Shown: positions 32,001 through 39,623 of the stretch, one piece after another
Numbering within the stretch: position 1 is the first letter of the stretch
Layout: every line of letters begins with the position of its first letter
Assembly: GCA_964640635.1 (NCBI GenBank)
Contig: CAZXFD010000002.1
Location: 179,115 to 243,114 of the forward strand
Direction of reading: 5' to 3'
DNA: 64,000 nt
Source of the DNA: an uncultured Gammaproteobacteria bacterium
GTDB lineage: Bacteria > Patescibacteriota > Patescibacteriia > UBA1558 > S5-K13
Position numbers and translations under genes: made by a program
Notes under the pieces: model-generated
What the model saw: only the letters and a program-made list of their open reading frames with translations
Told to the model about the DNA's origin: nothing
The model's database searches: none

Positions 32001-32208
32001 TAAAAGCAACCGAGCCACCCTTGTTCCATAAATAAGTAGTAGCGCCAGATACTCTTTCCCAAACCCATTTACCAGCCTGCAAAACTGATTGAACAGGATC
32101 TGTAAATTGAGCATGTGCCTTTCGTGGAACAAAAAATGAAATATTAGCAGAAAAGAAAAAAACAAAAATCATTATTACTAAAGTTTGTTTTTTATTTTTT
32201 ATATTCAT
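23059..32208 (-). CDS. Giant (3049 aa) secreted Cys-rich protein with CBM4/9-like domains
   Basis: Signal peptide ending KAHA; many C-x(4-5)-GC modules; NLVPNPSFE...PDGW...YIDAVQFE and FFIDNISLKE segments. Confidence 0.8.
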   Translation of the reverse strand: MNIKNKKQTLVIMIFVFFFSANISFFVPRKAHAQFTDPVQSVLQAGKWVWERVSGATTYLWNKGGSVAFMRAFQSFSNQLAYKAATQIATGDAGGKPQWFTKLIVDEARLAGEAAGAEFLDNLASGYGINICQPPTMDLPINLALSLKLNLKDTDVASMKPRCSLDELKKKWGDFATQLTNPLSIISLNDSSLMDVLKTTGYDLSKFGIPTSSIVNSKLTPDQRRQLQAELLKDTISFQKSDTNFVQDAVQAAKDAVKKADADTVANITAGDSPKGKRSLITKSLIVPAELTKQELINIQKRNEDAAKLRTEDILVDSANIFLNTLVSKGLNTLIQNLMKEKAPQADLADGSGSFVGSKTGIIDEIFSTINRISMNINPRDINLIAEMEMDMGDEFMGKMNNKTIDSKFADVLRRAETEPLTTKEAIDENLLDGNKFIGYIDIGTSIRQPMLDEGYSYDNIKKLRKNRVVPVGWEFAALKVAKLNPDNYPAGCDSRGCKLVSVMEGYDKTGTFKRGNETIKDNYCGYRSVSLAPYNINITSAANCNAAGMLGVDASTIDVKWVGTGNAQGYCMKYNIDSEGVVVSKEIETAVALNNETTCNNSYEETFYHEWIYGGCVVKEKDESPFCRLVDPNWVLKAPKQQCASEGYYSALESAESPNRYKDCADVKNCLKEDDNGNCLGYGYCLKEKNIWKFRGRKCDEKSAGCVALKDDAGKEKSYILDTLKSCPPDEAGCKEYSKYKTKNAEGNYVWATTDFNYFNKNVLSCDKGNEGCSKFIEIIPGLNLVPNPSFEIDENEDMIPDGWDAPNFMTTTTEAFDGRYSILHTKGDSILKLDISNSDFNILNKGLYTLSYRVKKLRSSDVVSVTPSLILNGESITNTDANYSSGESQWEMKSGYFGVNGNSSGASIKFAVSGDVYIDAVQFELNNYDASNVSSGVGVPSMYNNYGEKGILHMKKAPSYYNCNSANPDVSCANYSKYCSKDDLGCEAYKPENGDQIVSGIVSQEDICPSECNNYQTFSQYPSYFEILESNSGIVGLENKDFISGSAKDCSPSQESCELFTNVDKANKGGEAREYYSYLRQCVKPSAVSSTIYYTWEGSDTSGFQLKTWRFLKSNKSEAPCTNVEIGATSTCSDIGLADVEGEGQCDPNTNLDCRTFYDKDAQPHNRLLSKTIPVTDSCIDLRREASDGSSVVYRAVPSMSTKCSATSVGCRRYKGNNGNNIRSVLFEDFEPSGVFLGEVFGGSKAPSNESTVYNGHSMVVYSSSGNTVSIEYNLTQNGETLIPGKRYTLDFWAKSSNDNNPNNNNHDTAQQKTKPAIEFLNLNPIKLFKAHALNVNNLDFGLMQLENNQEWLQYKYNWRDLETSASGDYILKFSITLPDDYKTFFIDNISLKEITSDFYKIKDSWVTPATCRGYLGCQKYSDRDNNPWYFHQFTNTCNEKNVGCSAMIDTQNSEMPFQQTYNAYCSNSSGGECSNGRTYYKNYSNINSGNFSSSTIVVSKDRLVYIIKERNNLCASSNKGCSAFGFKGDDGKYQDVYKINNPDNYIQDDYFGSSNKILCLSEFRDCSAFSVSGGGTIYKIHPRDKVCEYKEADASNGRAAGYYNVNDANISCEGSIYNENYNLLLSDISYIDSGIAPFGGYNNDYSVSCNSNQNKCSMFIDPTDSKDLSIEATNATHQQINFTNSGSWSSANWQNGQFENVSNLLASSVNNVLSFNISDKNTIIYKASKSNPFGFSVSENAVYRLSANVEFDGLTTDGKEYISTFLSCGPRGQDGAISYVEDSVVGGENNNPKGGVISGSIPYAFPFTKANYFIQESDNKSHQISGLYKILPGANYCNVAFYVKGKSGAVVKLKDIRFEKMEGNYYYIDNEELDKTSCSKASVKDGCVLFNNLSKSNLSSNALRSYENGSLVGINSNDPSYNNDSNELLKVVRDRECGEWDTCSSKIKTVDTEGQDKYSCVSLIGCNNLSSSGDCANYIPKNQNDKALNLEKYYSDLGSGSWSNMIYSGYSMPGAYAPHSLSTYKTTSSSMSTYNLGHIIKRGQYLYKDGISYTNPLSSIADTAGIINISSLKSCRLYPEKDSPFSWTPNNSMVLNYELNGAGSKYAIITGKDSAFANANISQPSYGALKPGESNVLNQGQSSDCSYRSVNYGMETLFYPYEGIDIPNTIETSNDGITTSTMKIKKIAKNMGWFGFCLDYDKSRFINTGYKTSYNDPSNLNYRCLSWYPVDAISGEVDSTSYAPQADIVSKLTEGATMCIVGNNYKTTEDRIYCLQTDASNQCIKLVLVPNDSMISANNIGSNTYWLTNYKTRSELNFDVQGQASIIVKDNALGGMFSGDQFGLTANANLSDSFDDIFVGSVSMPMLIYAYDIEFSNSTNIYLESCNGDWPDTPVCPTDTHQISYREWEGDHCGWTNMGHTRRMKSLSCNPRTYGYYINDSGVNPMPSRTGKCGKDCKYDPIESGDFSFGRGCLRNSSSTSVYATLVNQFGGQNTNPSGPRSFNVGLCKSQTPNEFDTSCDIVAHFEIINQLDNISHSCSIYRDPYSSTGIASYIYPSLESEIVRCFGNDINNYQDPRSPLLYNNVADCRSAEIPYSACRNIDGTRKCENRKNGCCPDGCQKNRMLPNSNNPNPLFDQDCLRFGNSDCNTCSIFNQSGTQSMLTSCANDKCLKSCKTSAILDGSVKFKANNFYLNTISIEKFTTATLPAIAIDGWREFCKDPLASDIFCPSMLSGSSSSYGISGFARNNKMILQVGPTNSASWVANSLHPSFGAAVGTSQDPIFVSGGFSSVFPGYYGNDIAQAKTNLGQLIVGIPNSNLKTFNGVEWLQDNSINWNVVGGENPVIRSVKSVSDGGGEGNEGFSINRNPAKDYVVVGKNNTNIDISFYAYAVPNQTPIREIKICWDSNSENGDCFTVAGPFKNRKPDCIRRCGVTYKQAFPSTSANTWGAECGENVLCPSGMQCFAKTWGDHEDACKEDIGDEKSYLTFSHLYSCSPMSDTWLDNCGNGRGCCKYTPYLQITDSWGKSKGTYMCGADTCSIKIYPQ

Positions 32209-32237
32209 AAATAGCCTGTCCCGCTATAACGGGATAA

Positions 32238-32969
32238 TTATTGATTTTTTGATGCTTCTTCATTTAATGTCTGAATGTAAACACTTTGTATTTCTTCATC
32301 TGAAAACTTCGACAAGTCACTTTCGGTTGCACCTTGACTTATCAAAAGTTGTTTAATTTCTTGAATTGACAAGTTCTTTAATTTCTCTAATTCAGAAGAT
32401 GCAGTATTTGTATTTTCGATTTCACTACCAGATGGAGTAATTTGATCTATAATTTCTTGTGAATACCCAGCCTCAAGTAATTGTTTTTTTATATCATCAT
32501 AATTTATAGCTTCACCAAAAATACTTGAGCTAGCAGAAATTACAGATAAATTTGCAGACGCATTACAAGATAAAATATCTGTACAATTATTTCCCTTACC
32601 TAAAATTACTTCATCATAATCAGATATATCATTACTATTTGTATCCGCCAAATAAGGACTTGTTCCATAAATATTCATTTCATCGGTATCAGATAATCCA
32701 TCACCATCGGTATCCTTGAGACTGTTTAAGCCTTCTATAATATAGGACTTATCACTAAGAGATATTTGAGAGGAGACAAATGAATTTTTTATTCCATATA
32801 TCATTTTCCAAGAACCTAGTAAAATAGACATAATTCCTATAACAAAAATAATTTTTACCCCCACTGAGTCTCTAGAAAAATATTTAAAAATTTTAACCAA
32901 AAAACCATCTTTTATTTCAAGAATACTTTGATCATTTTCAGCATATCTTTGTTCTCTATCAAGACCCAT
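32238..32969 (-). CDS. Membrane protein with TSP3-like Ca-binding repeat
   Basis: TM segment followed by DTDGDGLSD.DE...YGTSPYLADT. Confidence 0.75.
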   Translation of the reverse strand: MGLDREQRYAENDQSILEIKDGFLVKIFKYFSRDSVGVKIIFVIGIMSILLGSWKMIYGIKNSFVSSQISLSDKSYIIEGLNSLKDTDGDGLSDTDEMNIYGTSPYLADTNSNDISDYDEVILGKGNNCTDILSCNASANLSVISASSSIFGEAINYDDIKKQLLEAGYSQEIIDQITPSGSEIENTNTASSELEKLKNLSIQEIKQLLISQGATESDLSKFSDEEIQSVYIQTLNEEASKNQ

Positions 32970-33053
32970 AAATAAAATATTGGGAGATAAAAATCTTTAA
33001 CTTAATTATACTAATTTTTGTAAATTTGGTCAAAGAAATTTAATATAAAAAAT

Positions 33054-33890
33054 CTATTTTACTTTTAGAAGTTGCAATATAGCATTATCTAGTTTATACC
33101 AATCATCAATATTTAATTTTTCTGCTCTTATATCTTTAGAAAATCCAACATCTTCAACTAATTTTTCCATTACCAGTTTATCTATTTTTAAACCTGCACT
33201 CAAATTATTTACCAACGTTCTTCTTTTACTAGAAAATGCAAAATTTATCAGCTTCCAGTCTAATTCTTTTTTTGGCTTTTTTATATCATCAAAAATAATT
33301 ATAGCTGAATCAACCTTAGGAGGAGGGTAAAAACTATTTTTTGAAACTACAAAGGCGAGCCTTGGCTTTGCATAGTAATTACACATAAGAGATAACTTTG
33401 ACCATTTTCCATCACGCACAATAATGCGCTCTACAACCTCTTTCTGTAACATAAGTATCATTTGTTTAGGTCTAAAATTTCCTTCCAAAAATACTCTCAA
33501 AAAATGAGAACTAATATTATATGGTAAATTTGCAATTATTCTATAATCTGAGACAAAATCATGCCCCACTTCTTTTTCTAAATAAATTTTTAACACATCT
33601 CCTTTTATGATTTGAAAATCACCATAGACACTCTTGAGATTTTCTAATATTGTAACCATTGTATCATCAAGCTCTATCGCCTTTAAATTAACTCCGCCAT
33701 TTAATAATTCCCTACTAAGAGTTCCTATCCCAGGACCAATTTCTAAAACGTTTTCATTTTTTTTTAATTTGGCAACTTCAATAATCTGATTCAATATTTT
33801 TTCTGATACCAAAAAATTTTGTCCCTTCGAATATGATGGAAAAATTTTGTATTTTTTCAAAACTAATTTTGTTGTTTCTAATAATTCCAT
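33054..33890 (-). CDS. rsmA: 16S rRNA dimethyladenosine transferase
   Basis: GQNFL, VLEIGPGIG, ANLPYNI, PPPKVDSA. Confidence 0.97.
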   Translation of the reverse strand: MELLETTKLVLKKYKIFPSYSKGQNFLVSEKILNQIIEVAKLKKNENVLEIGPGIGTLSRELLNGGVNLKAIELDDTMVTILENLKSVYGDFQIIKGDVLKIYLEKEVGHDFVSDYRIIANLPYNISSHFLRVFLEGNFRPKQMILMLQKEVVERIIVRDGKWSKLSLMCNYYAKPRLAFVVSKNSFYPPPKVDSAIIIFDDIKKPKKELDWKLINFAFSSKRRTLVNNLSAGLKIDKLVMEKLVEDVGFSKDIRAEKLNIDDWYKLDNAILQLLKVK

Positions 33891-33892
33891 AA

Positions 33893-34010
33893 CAAATCAA
33901 TGATCAATACACGATAATCAAATCACAGATAATAATCAATGTGCAATTTTTAATTTTCGATTATTGATTATTAGAATCTATCTGATTATTGGAACTTGTT
34001 TATTATTTAT
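33893..34010. repeat. caataat/attattg heptamer-repeat element
   Basis: Inverted heptamer arrays; reverse complement resembles 50744-50920; partial copies at about 23000-23055 and 37670-37692. Confidence 0.6.
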
Positions 34011-34011
34011 T

Positions 34012-35214
34012 TTACAGGGTTGCATAAAAAAGTGCCATCACAGCTGAAAACATAAAGCTTGCTGCAAAAAAACTATTTAAAGATGTAAACAAAAGTGCAA
34101 AAATAAACATAACAGAACATGCAAAAACTTTTCCAAGTATAAGACCCCCTTCAAAATTAACACAATCCTCCATTATACTATTATCATTTTCATCATTTTT
34201 GTCTCTATATGATTCTCTTGCATTTTCATATACGAAAGCTCTCATAGAGACATCCACTCCTGATTTTGCAGTTTTTGCAACCGTATCAAATGCAAATATT
34301 GGCGCAATTGTGCGTGCAAAAATTTTTGCTATCCAAGTAAAAGAATAAAAAAATGCACTGAGCCTAAGAACAATTTTTTTATCCCTCTTATCACATATCT
34401 TTCCTATATAAAGCGTTGCTAAAAGCATTATCATGGTAGATATTCCAGACAAAATACCAATCTTCTCATAACTTACTATAGCAATAGACATAAATATTGG
34501 CCAAAATACCCATAACACAAGTTCCTCTGCATAACCCAGTGTAGACAATAATTTTCTTAAATTCGTTTTTGCAAATAATTTTTTAAACATTATAGAATAC
34601 TTAAAATTTCTTTTTGTAAATTTTTCTCTCGTGAGAAGCATTGGTATGTTTGAAAAGAAAAATAATAATGATGAAACAAGAAATAAAACATTAAATCCAA
34701 AAAAAGTAATAATAAGCCCTCCAAATACTGGCCCAAAAACAAACATCAAAGACGATGAAATAGAAAACGAGCTAATTTCTCTCCCCTCTTCTTTGTTTGT
34801 AGAATTATGTGCGAAGTCAGCGTGATATGCTGGCCAATAAAACATTTTTTGTATTACATACAACAAAATAGCCACAATAAACATAAAGCTAAATTTGTTT
34901 ATAAAGAACAATGACAAATAAAATGGAACATACAAAGAACTTCCTATAAACATCCCTGTTTCATATCCATGTTTATTTGCAAATTTAGCACCCAGTGGAA
35001 GTGCAAAAAAATAAAAAACATAAACTAACAAATAAAAAAGTGCTATCTGGGAAATTGAATATCCTATTTTATAAAGATAAATTGGTTCAAAAATCTGAAC
35101 CATTGCAAGAGCCAAATTTATAATAATATTTGAAACAAAAAGTTCTTTTTTTTGCCTTCTCATTCTATATGGCAAAAAGTTACGTAAGAATTTAATAATT
35201 TTTTGTTTTGTCAC
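34012..35214 (-). CDS. MFS transporter
   Basis: About 12 TM segments; GAKFANKHG and GKICDKRDKK motif-A-like loops. Confidence 0.85.
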   Translation of the reverse strand: MTKQKIIKFLRNFLPYRMRRQKKELFVSNIIINLALAMVQIFEPIYLYKIGYSISQIALFYLLVYVFYFFALPLGAKFANKHGYETGMFIGSSLYVPFYLSLFFINKFSFMFIVAILLYVIQKMFYWPAYHADFAHNSTNKEEGREISSFSISSSLMFVFGPVFGGLIITFFGFNVLFLVSSLLFFFSNIPMLLTREKFTKRNFKYSIMFKKLFAKTNLRKLLSTLGYAEELVLWVFWPIFMSIAIVSYEKIGILSGISTMIMLLATLYIGKICDKRDKKIVLRLSAFFYSFTWIAKIFARTIAPIFAFDTVAKTAKSGVDVSMRAFVYENARESYRDKNDENDNSIMEDCVNFEGGLILGKVFACSVMFIFALLFTSLNSFFAASFMFSAVMALFYATL

Positions 35215-35270
35215 TTTATTTTTATTTTTATCAATTAAATACTAAAACCCTAAACACTAAATACCAAACA

Positions 35271-37664
35271 CTATCTAACTATTATATTGCAAATCCTACC
35301 TTTCACATAAATAAATTTTGAAATTTCTTTATCATCAATATATTTCTTAATCTTTTCTTGAGACAAAACTAGCACTTTCAAATCCTCTTCACTAATTTCA
35401 GTATCAATTTCAATCATATCACGAAATTTTCCGTTTACTTGTATTGGTAAATTAATTTTTTCATCTTTTGCTAATTTTTCATCATACTTTGGCCAGGATT
35501 GTTTTTCTATAAATTCCTTATTACCCAATTTTTCCCAAATCTCACTTGATATATGTGGTGCAAAACAAGAAAGCATTATTAAAAATGGATCAATATAAGC
35601 ACGTGACAATTTTTGATTTTTAGAAAGTTCTCTAAAATAAATCATTAATGTACTTATTCCCGTATTGAATCTAAAATTTTCTATATCAGAGCCAACTTTT
35701 TCTATTGTTTTATGAAGTAATGATAAAAGTTCATCATTTGAATCTTTTCCGTATTTAAAATTTTCAAAATATTGAAATATTTTATCTAAAAATCTACGTT
35801 GTCCCCTAATTCCATCTGTAGACCATGGCTTAGAATCAACAAGTGGCCCCATAAACATTTCATATAATCTAAAACTATCTGCACCAAACTCATTTATGAC
35901 TTCATCTGGATTTACAACATTTCCACGAGACTTGGACATTTTTTGACCATCACTTCCCATGATAAGACCTTGATTTATGAGCTTCAAAAATGGCTCACCG
36001 AAATCTATGTATTTATTATCCCGTAAAACCTTTGTAAAAAATCTTGAATATATCAAGTGTCCTACGGCATGCTCTGCCCCTCCTACATAACAATCTATTG
36101 GCATATAAGATTTTATATTTTCTTTGGAACAAAACTCTTTTTCATTTTTTGGATCTAAATATCTATAATAATACCAAGAATTATCAACGAATCCGTCCAT
36201 TGTATCACACTCTCTTCTAGCATCAGCGCCACAAATGGGACACTTTACATGACCGAAACTAGGCGATGATTCAAGTGGAGATTTTCCAGTTGGTCTAAAA
36301 TCATTTATATCTTCTGGTAACAAAACTGGCAAATCGTTCTCTGGCACTGGAACTGTTCCGCAAACATCACAATATATAATAGGAATTGGTGCTCCCCAAT
36401 AACGCTGACGAGAAACAAGCCAATCTCTTATTTTGTATTGTGTTGTAAGCTGTCCATTTACTTTTTTTGTAATTTCTATTTTTGCAAGCTCGCTTTCCAT
36501 TCCATCAAACTCTTGTGAATTTATCATGACCCCAGAAGACTCAATAACCTCATTTCCCTCATCATTATCTGATTCAATTACCTTTATAATTGGCAAATTA
36601 AATTTATTTGCAAATTCAAAATCTCTTTCATCGTGAGCTGGAACACACATTATAGCTCCCGTTCCATAAGAAGATAAAACATAATCAGAAATATATATAG
36701 GTATCTCTTTTTGATTTACTGGATTTATTGCAAATACACCCTTCAACAAAACCCCTGTCTTATTTTTATTTAATTCTGTTCTCTCTAATTCTGATTTTTT
36801 CTTAGTCCTTTCTATATATAACGAAACTTCATCAAAATTTTCTATGACATCTTTTAATTCATTAACCAATTTATGCTCAGGTGCAAGTACCATATATGTA
36901 GCGCCATATAAAGTATCTGGTCTTGTAGTAAACACTTCAATTGGAAATTGGAAATTAGAAATTGGAAATTTAATAATCGCACCACTCGATTTTCCAATCC
37001 AATTTCTTTGCATTGTCTTAAGTGCTTCTGGCCAATCAAGTTCATCTAACCCACTTAAAAGCTCTTCTGCATAAGATGTTACCTTAAAAAACCATTGCTC
37101 TAAATCTTTTTTTATTACATCGCTAGAACATCTTTCGCACTTTGAATCTACCACCTGTTCATTTGCCAAAACTGTTTTACAAGAATCACACCAATTTACT
37201 GGAGCCTTTTTCTTATATGCTAAACCATTTTTATAAAGCAAAATAAAAAACCACTGACTCCATTTATAATATTCTGGACTAGACGTATTTATTTCTCTAT
37301 CCCAATCATAAGAAAATCCGAAACTTTTGACCTGCCTTGTAAAATTTTCTATGTTTTTGTTTGTGCTAATTTTTGGATGCACCCCCATTTTTATGGCGTA
37401 GTTTTCTGCTGGAAGACCAAAAGCATCCCAACCTATTGGATGCATAACATCAAAGCCACTAAAACGAAGATACCTACAATAAATATCTGTAGCTGTATAA
37501 CCTTCTGGATGACCAACGTGAAGACCAGCGCCACTAGGATATGGAAACATATCTAAAACATATTTTTTATTCTTAGGCTTTAAAGAAGACTTAAAAATAT
37601 CAGCATCACCCCATTTCTTCTGCCATTTTTGTTCTATTTGTTTATGATCGTAATTTAAGTTCAT
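35271..37664 (-). CDS. leuS: Leucine--tRNA ligase
   Basis: MFPYPSG.GLHVGH, FTTRPDT, SRQRYWG, KMSKS. Confidence 0.98.
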   Translation of the reverse strand: MNLNYDHKQIEQKWQKKWGDADIFKSSLKPKNKKYVLDMFPYPSGAGLHVGHPEGYTATDIYCRYLRFSGFDVMHPIGWDAFGLPAENYAIKMGVHPKISTNKNIENFTRQVKSFGFSYDWDREINTSSPEYYKWSQWFFILLYKNGLAYKKKAPVNWCDSCKTVLANEQVVDSKCERCSSDVIKKDLEQWFFKVTSYAEELLSGLDELDWPEALKTMQRNWIGKSSGAIIKFPISNFQFPIEVFTTRPDTLYGATYMVLAPEHKLVNELKDVIENFDEVSLYIERTKKKSELERTELNKNKTGVLLKGVFAINPVNQKEIPIYISDYVLSSYGTGAIMCVPAHDERDFEFANKFNLPIIKVIESDNDEGNEVIESSGVMINSQEFDGMESELAKIEITKKVNGQLTTQYKIRDWLVSRQRYWGAPIPIIYCDVCGTVPVPENDLPVLLPEDINDFRPTGKSPLESSPSFGHVKCPICGADARRECDTMDGFVDNSWYYYRYLDPKNEKEFCSKENIKSYMPIDCYVGGAEHAVGHLIYSRFFTKVLRDNKYIDFGEPFLKLINQGLIMGSDGQKMSKSRGNVVNPDEVINEFGADSFRLYEMFMGPLVDSKPWSTDGIRGQRRFLDKIFQYFENFKYGKDSNDELLSLLHKTIEKVGSDIENFRFNTGISTLMIYFRELSKNQKLSRAYIDPFLIMLSCFAPHISSEIWEKLGNKEFIEKQSWPKYDEKLAKDEKINLPIQVNGKFRDMIEIDTEISEEDLKVLVLSQEKIKKYIDDKEISKFIYVKGRICNIIVR

Positions 37665-37706
37665 GTTTTAGATTATTGATTATTGATTATTTTATCATTT
37701 TTCTAA

Positions 37707-37764
37707 TCCTCTCCCGCAAAGTGGGATCCCGCAACAATTATAAAATATATGGGGGCGGGGCTAA
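37707..37764. repeat. 58-bp dispersed repeat, copy 1
   Basis: 55/58 identical to 46003-46060. Confidence 0.9.
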
Positions 37765-38028
37765 CCTCCTAGCCTAACCCAATATTATCATTTTTACCTT
37801 AGTTATTCAATGTTAAAATGATTTTATAAATTTAAAATACCAAATTTGTCAATTGACCAAAGTGATAATATATTTTATCATAAAATTACGTATAAAAAAT
37901 AAAAAAAGACTATTTCTAAAATAAAAAAACATTTAATTCTTTTCTTTATATACACTGGAAAAACACTAAAATACATAGGTATTTATACTTTTAGGTCTAT
38001 AAAAGTACCGTTTTTCTTAATATTTTGG

Positions 38029-39270
38029 TTGTCAAAAAAGATTTTAAAAGACCCTATTTTATCTATTTATCACTTTTTATTAAAAATAAAGATAAAAAAC
38101 AAAAAAGAGAATAGCCAAGATTTTCATCCTCTTGCAAATAATAGAAAAAAACAAAAGAGCAATCTTCAATATATACTATTTATTACTTTTGCTATTTTTG
38201 TAATAAGCAATAACTTGTTTGCAAAAACAATACCCCCAGAAGAATTTGGCCAAAAATCAATACTCTCAAAAATTATTCCGCCGCAACAAAATGATTTTAT
38301 AGTTGGGGAAGAACTTATTGAAGAAAGAGGCAGTGCAATAATTAATCAAACGACAAATAGTGATCAGCTCGTGTATTATCCTGGATTTCAAGGGCAAGGA
38401 GATCCAGACATAACTAGTGGTGAAACAATAATCCAAACAACAAATGATGGAACAACTCTTATTGCAAGAAATGTAGCGAATACTCAACTAGGAAATGCTA
38501 TAAATAGAAATGAAATAACTCAGTATACTATTTTAGATGGTGATACAGTTTCTGGTATAGCACATAAATTTAATGTTTCTGTTGCAACCATTCTTTGGAG
38601 TAATAATCTTACAGAAAGAAGCCTTCTAAAACCTGGAATGACTCTAAAAATTCTTCCAACAACTGGAATATTACATAAAGTTGCGCGTGGAGAAACAATT
38701 GCCGCAATTGCAAAAAAATATAAAGCAGATGCTCAAAAAATATTAGATACAAATAGCCTTGCTAGCGCAAATCAAATAAAAATTGGACAAGAACTCATAA
38801 TTCCAGATGGTATAAGGCCAGCAAGTATAACAAATATTGTTACAAAAACAACGACCGCTGGAAAAACTACAGTTTCTAAAACATCTCTTAGTCCAACAAA
38901 TCCAAACACTGGCACAAAATTGTTATGGCCAGCGGGTGTAAGAAGAATTTCTCAATACTATGGATGGAGACATACTGGAGTAGATATAGCGGGTCCTATT
39001 GGAACACCAATTTATGCTGCCGAAGATGGGGTTGTTGAAACAGCTGGATGGAATAGTGGTGGCTATGGAAATTATATTATTATAAATCATGGGGGTGGCC
39101 TTAGAACGCTATATGGTCATGCATCTAAACTATTCGTCGGTCGTGGAGAAAAGGTAACTCGTGGACAAGTAATTATGGCAATGGGTTCAACTGGTAGATC
39201 TACTGGATCACATTTGCATTTTGAAGTAAGAATTAATGGATTCAAAAATCCTCTTAGTTATATAAGATAA
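38029..39270 (+). CDS. LysM + M23 family peptidoglycan endopeptidase
   Basis: Two LysM domains, HTGVDIA, YGHAS, GSTGRSTGSHLHFE; start uncertain. Confidence 0.93.
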   Translation: MSKKILKDPILSIYHFLLKIKIKNKKENSQDFHPLANNRKKQKSNLQYILFITFAIFVISNNLFAKTIPPEEFGQKSILSKIIPPQQNDFIVGEELIEERGSAIINQTTNSDQLVYYPGFQGQGDPDITSGETIIQTTNDGTTLIARNVANTQLGNAINRNEITQYTILDGDTVSGIAHKFNVSVATILWSNNLTERSLLKPGMTLKILPTTGILHKVARGETIAAIAKKYKADAQKILDTNSLASANQIKIGQELIIPDGIRPASITNIVTKTTTAGKTTVSKTSLSPTNPNTGTKLLWPAGVRRISQYYGWRHTGVDIAGPIGTPIYAAEDGVVETAGWNSGGYGNYIIINHGGGLRTLYGHASKLFVGRGEKVTRGQVIMAMGSTGRSTGSHLHFEVRINGFKNPLSYIR

Positions 39271-39340
39271 AGAACTGGTCTAATCCATTCCATCATAGTT
39301 TTACAAACAAAAAAACCTCCAAATAAATTGAAGATTAAAG

Positions 39341-39416
39341 TGGTACGCTGTGCAGGATTCGAACCTGCGACCGTTTGCTTAAGAGGCAACTGCTCTACCA
39401 ACTGAGCTAACAGCGC
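39341..39416 (-). tRNA. tRNA-Lys (CTT)
   Basis: GCGCTGTTAGCTCAGTTGGTAGAGCA...CT CTT AA...GGTTCGAATCC...ACCA. Confidence 0.95.
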
Positions 39417-39623
39417 ATAACTTGGTAATTAATTTTCAAAACATTATGCTTAGTAAAATTCCAACTGTCGTAGTGTAGTGAAGACCTTAAGCGACAGCCG
39501 AAAGGTCGAAGTGAAACGGAGATCCCGCAGAATAAAATGATTGCGGGAAGCTAACAGCGCATAATAATTAATTTATATAAAGAATAGCATATTTACTATA
39601 AAAATCAATAACAAATTACCCAA

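Noticed and set aside
37665-37800. T-box riboswitch upstream of leuS (or trpS)
   Set aside because: No T-box motif or specifier stem. The structured sequence is a dispersed repeat also found before galU; the trpS leader is only about 50 bp.
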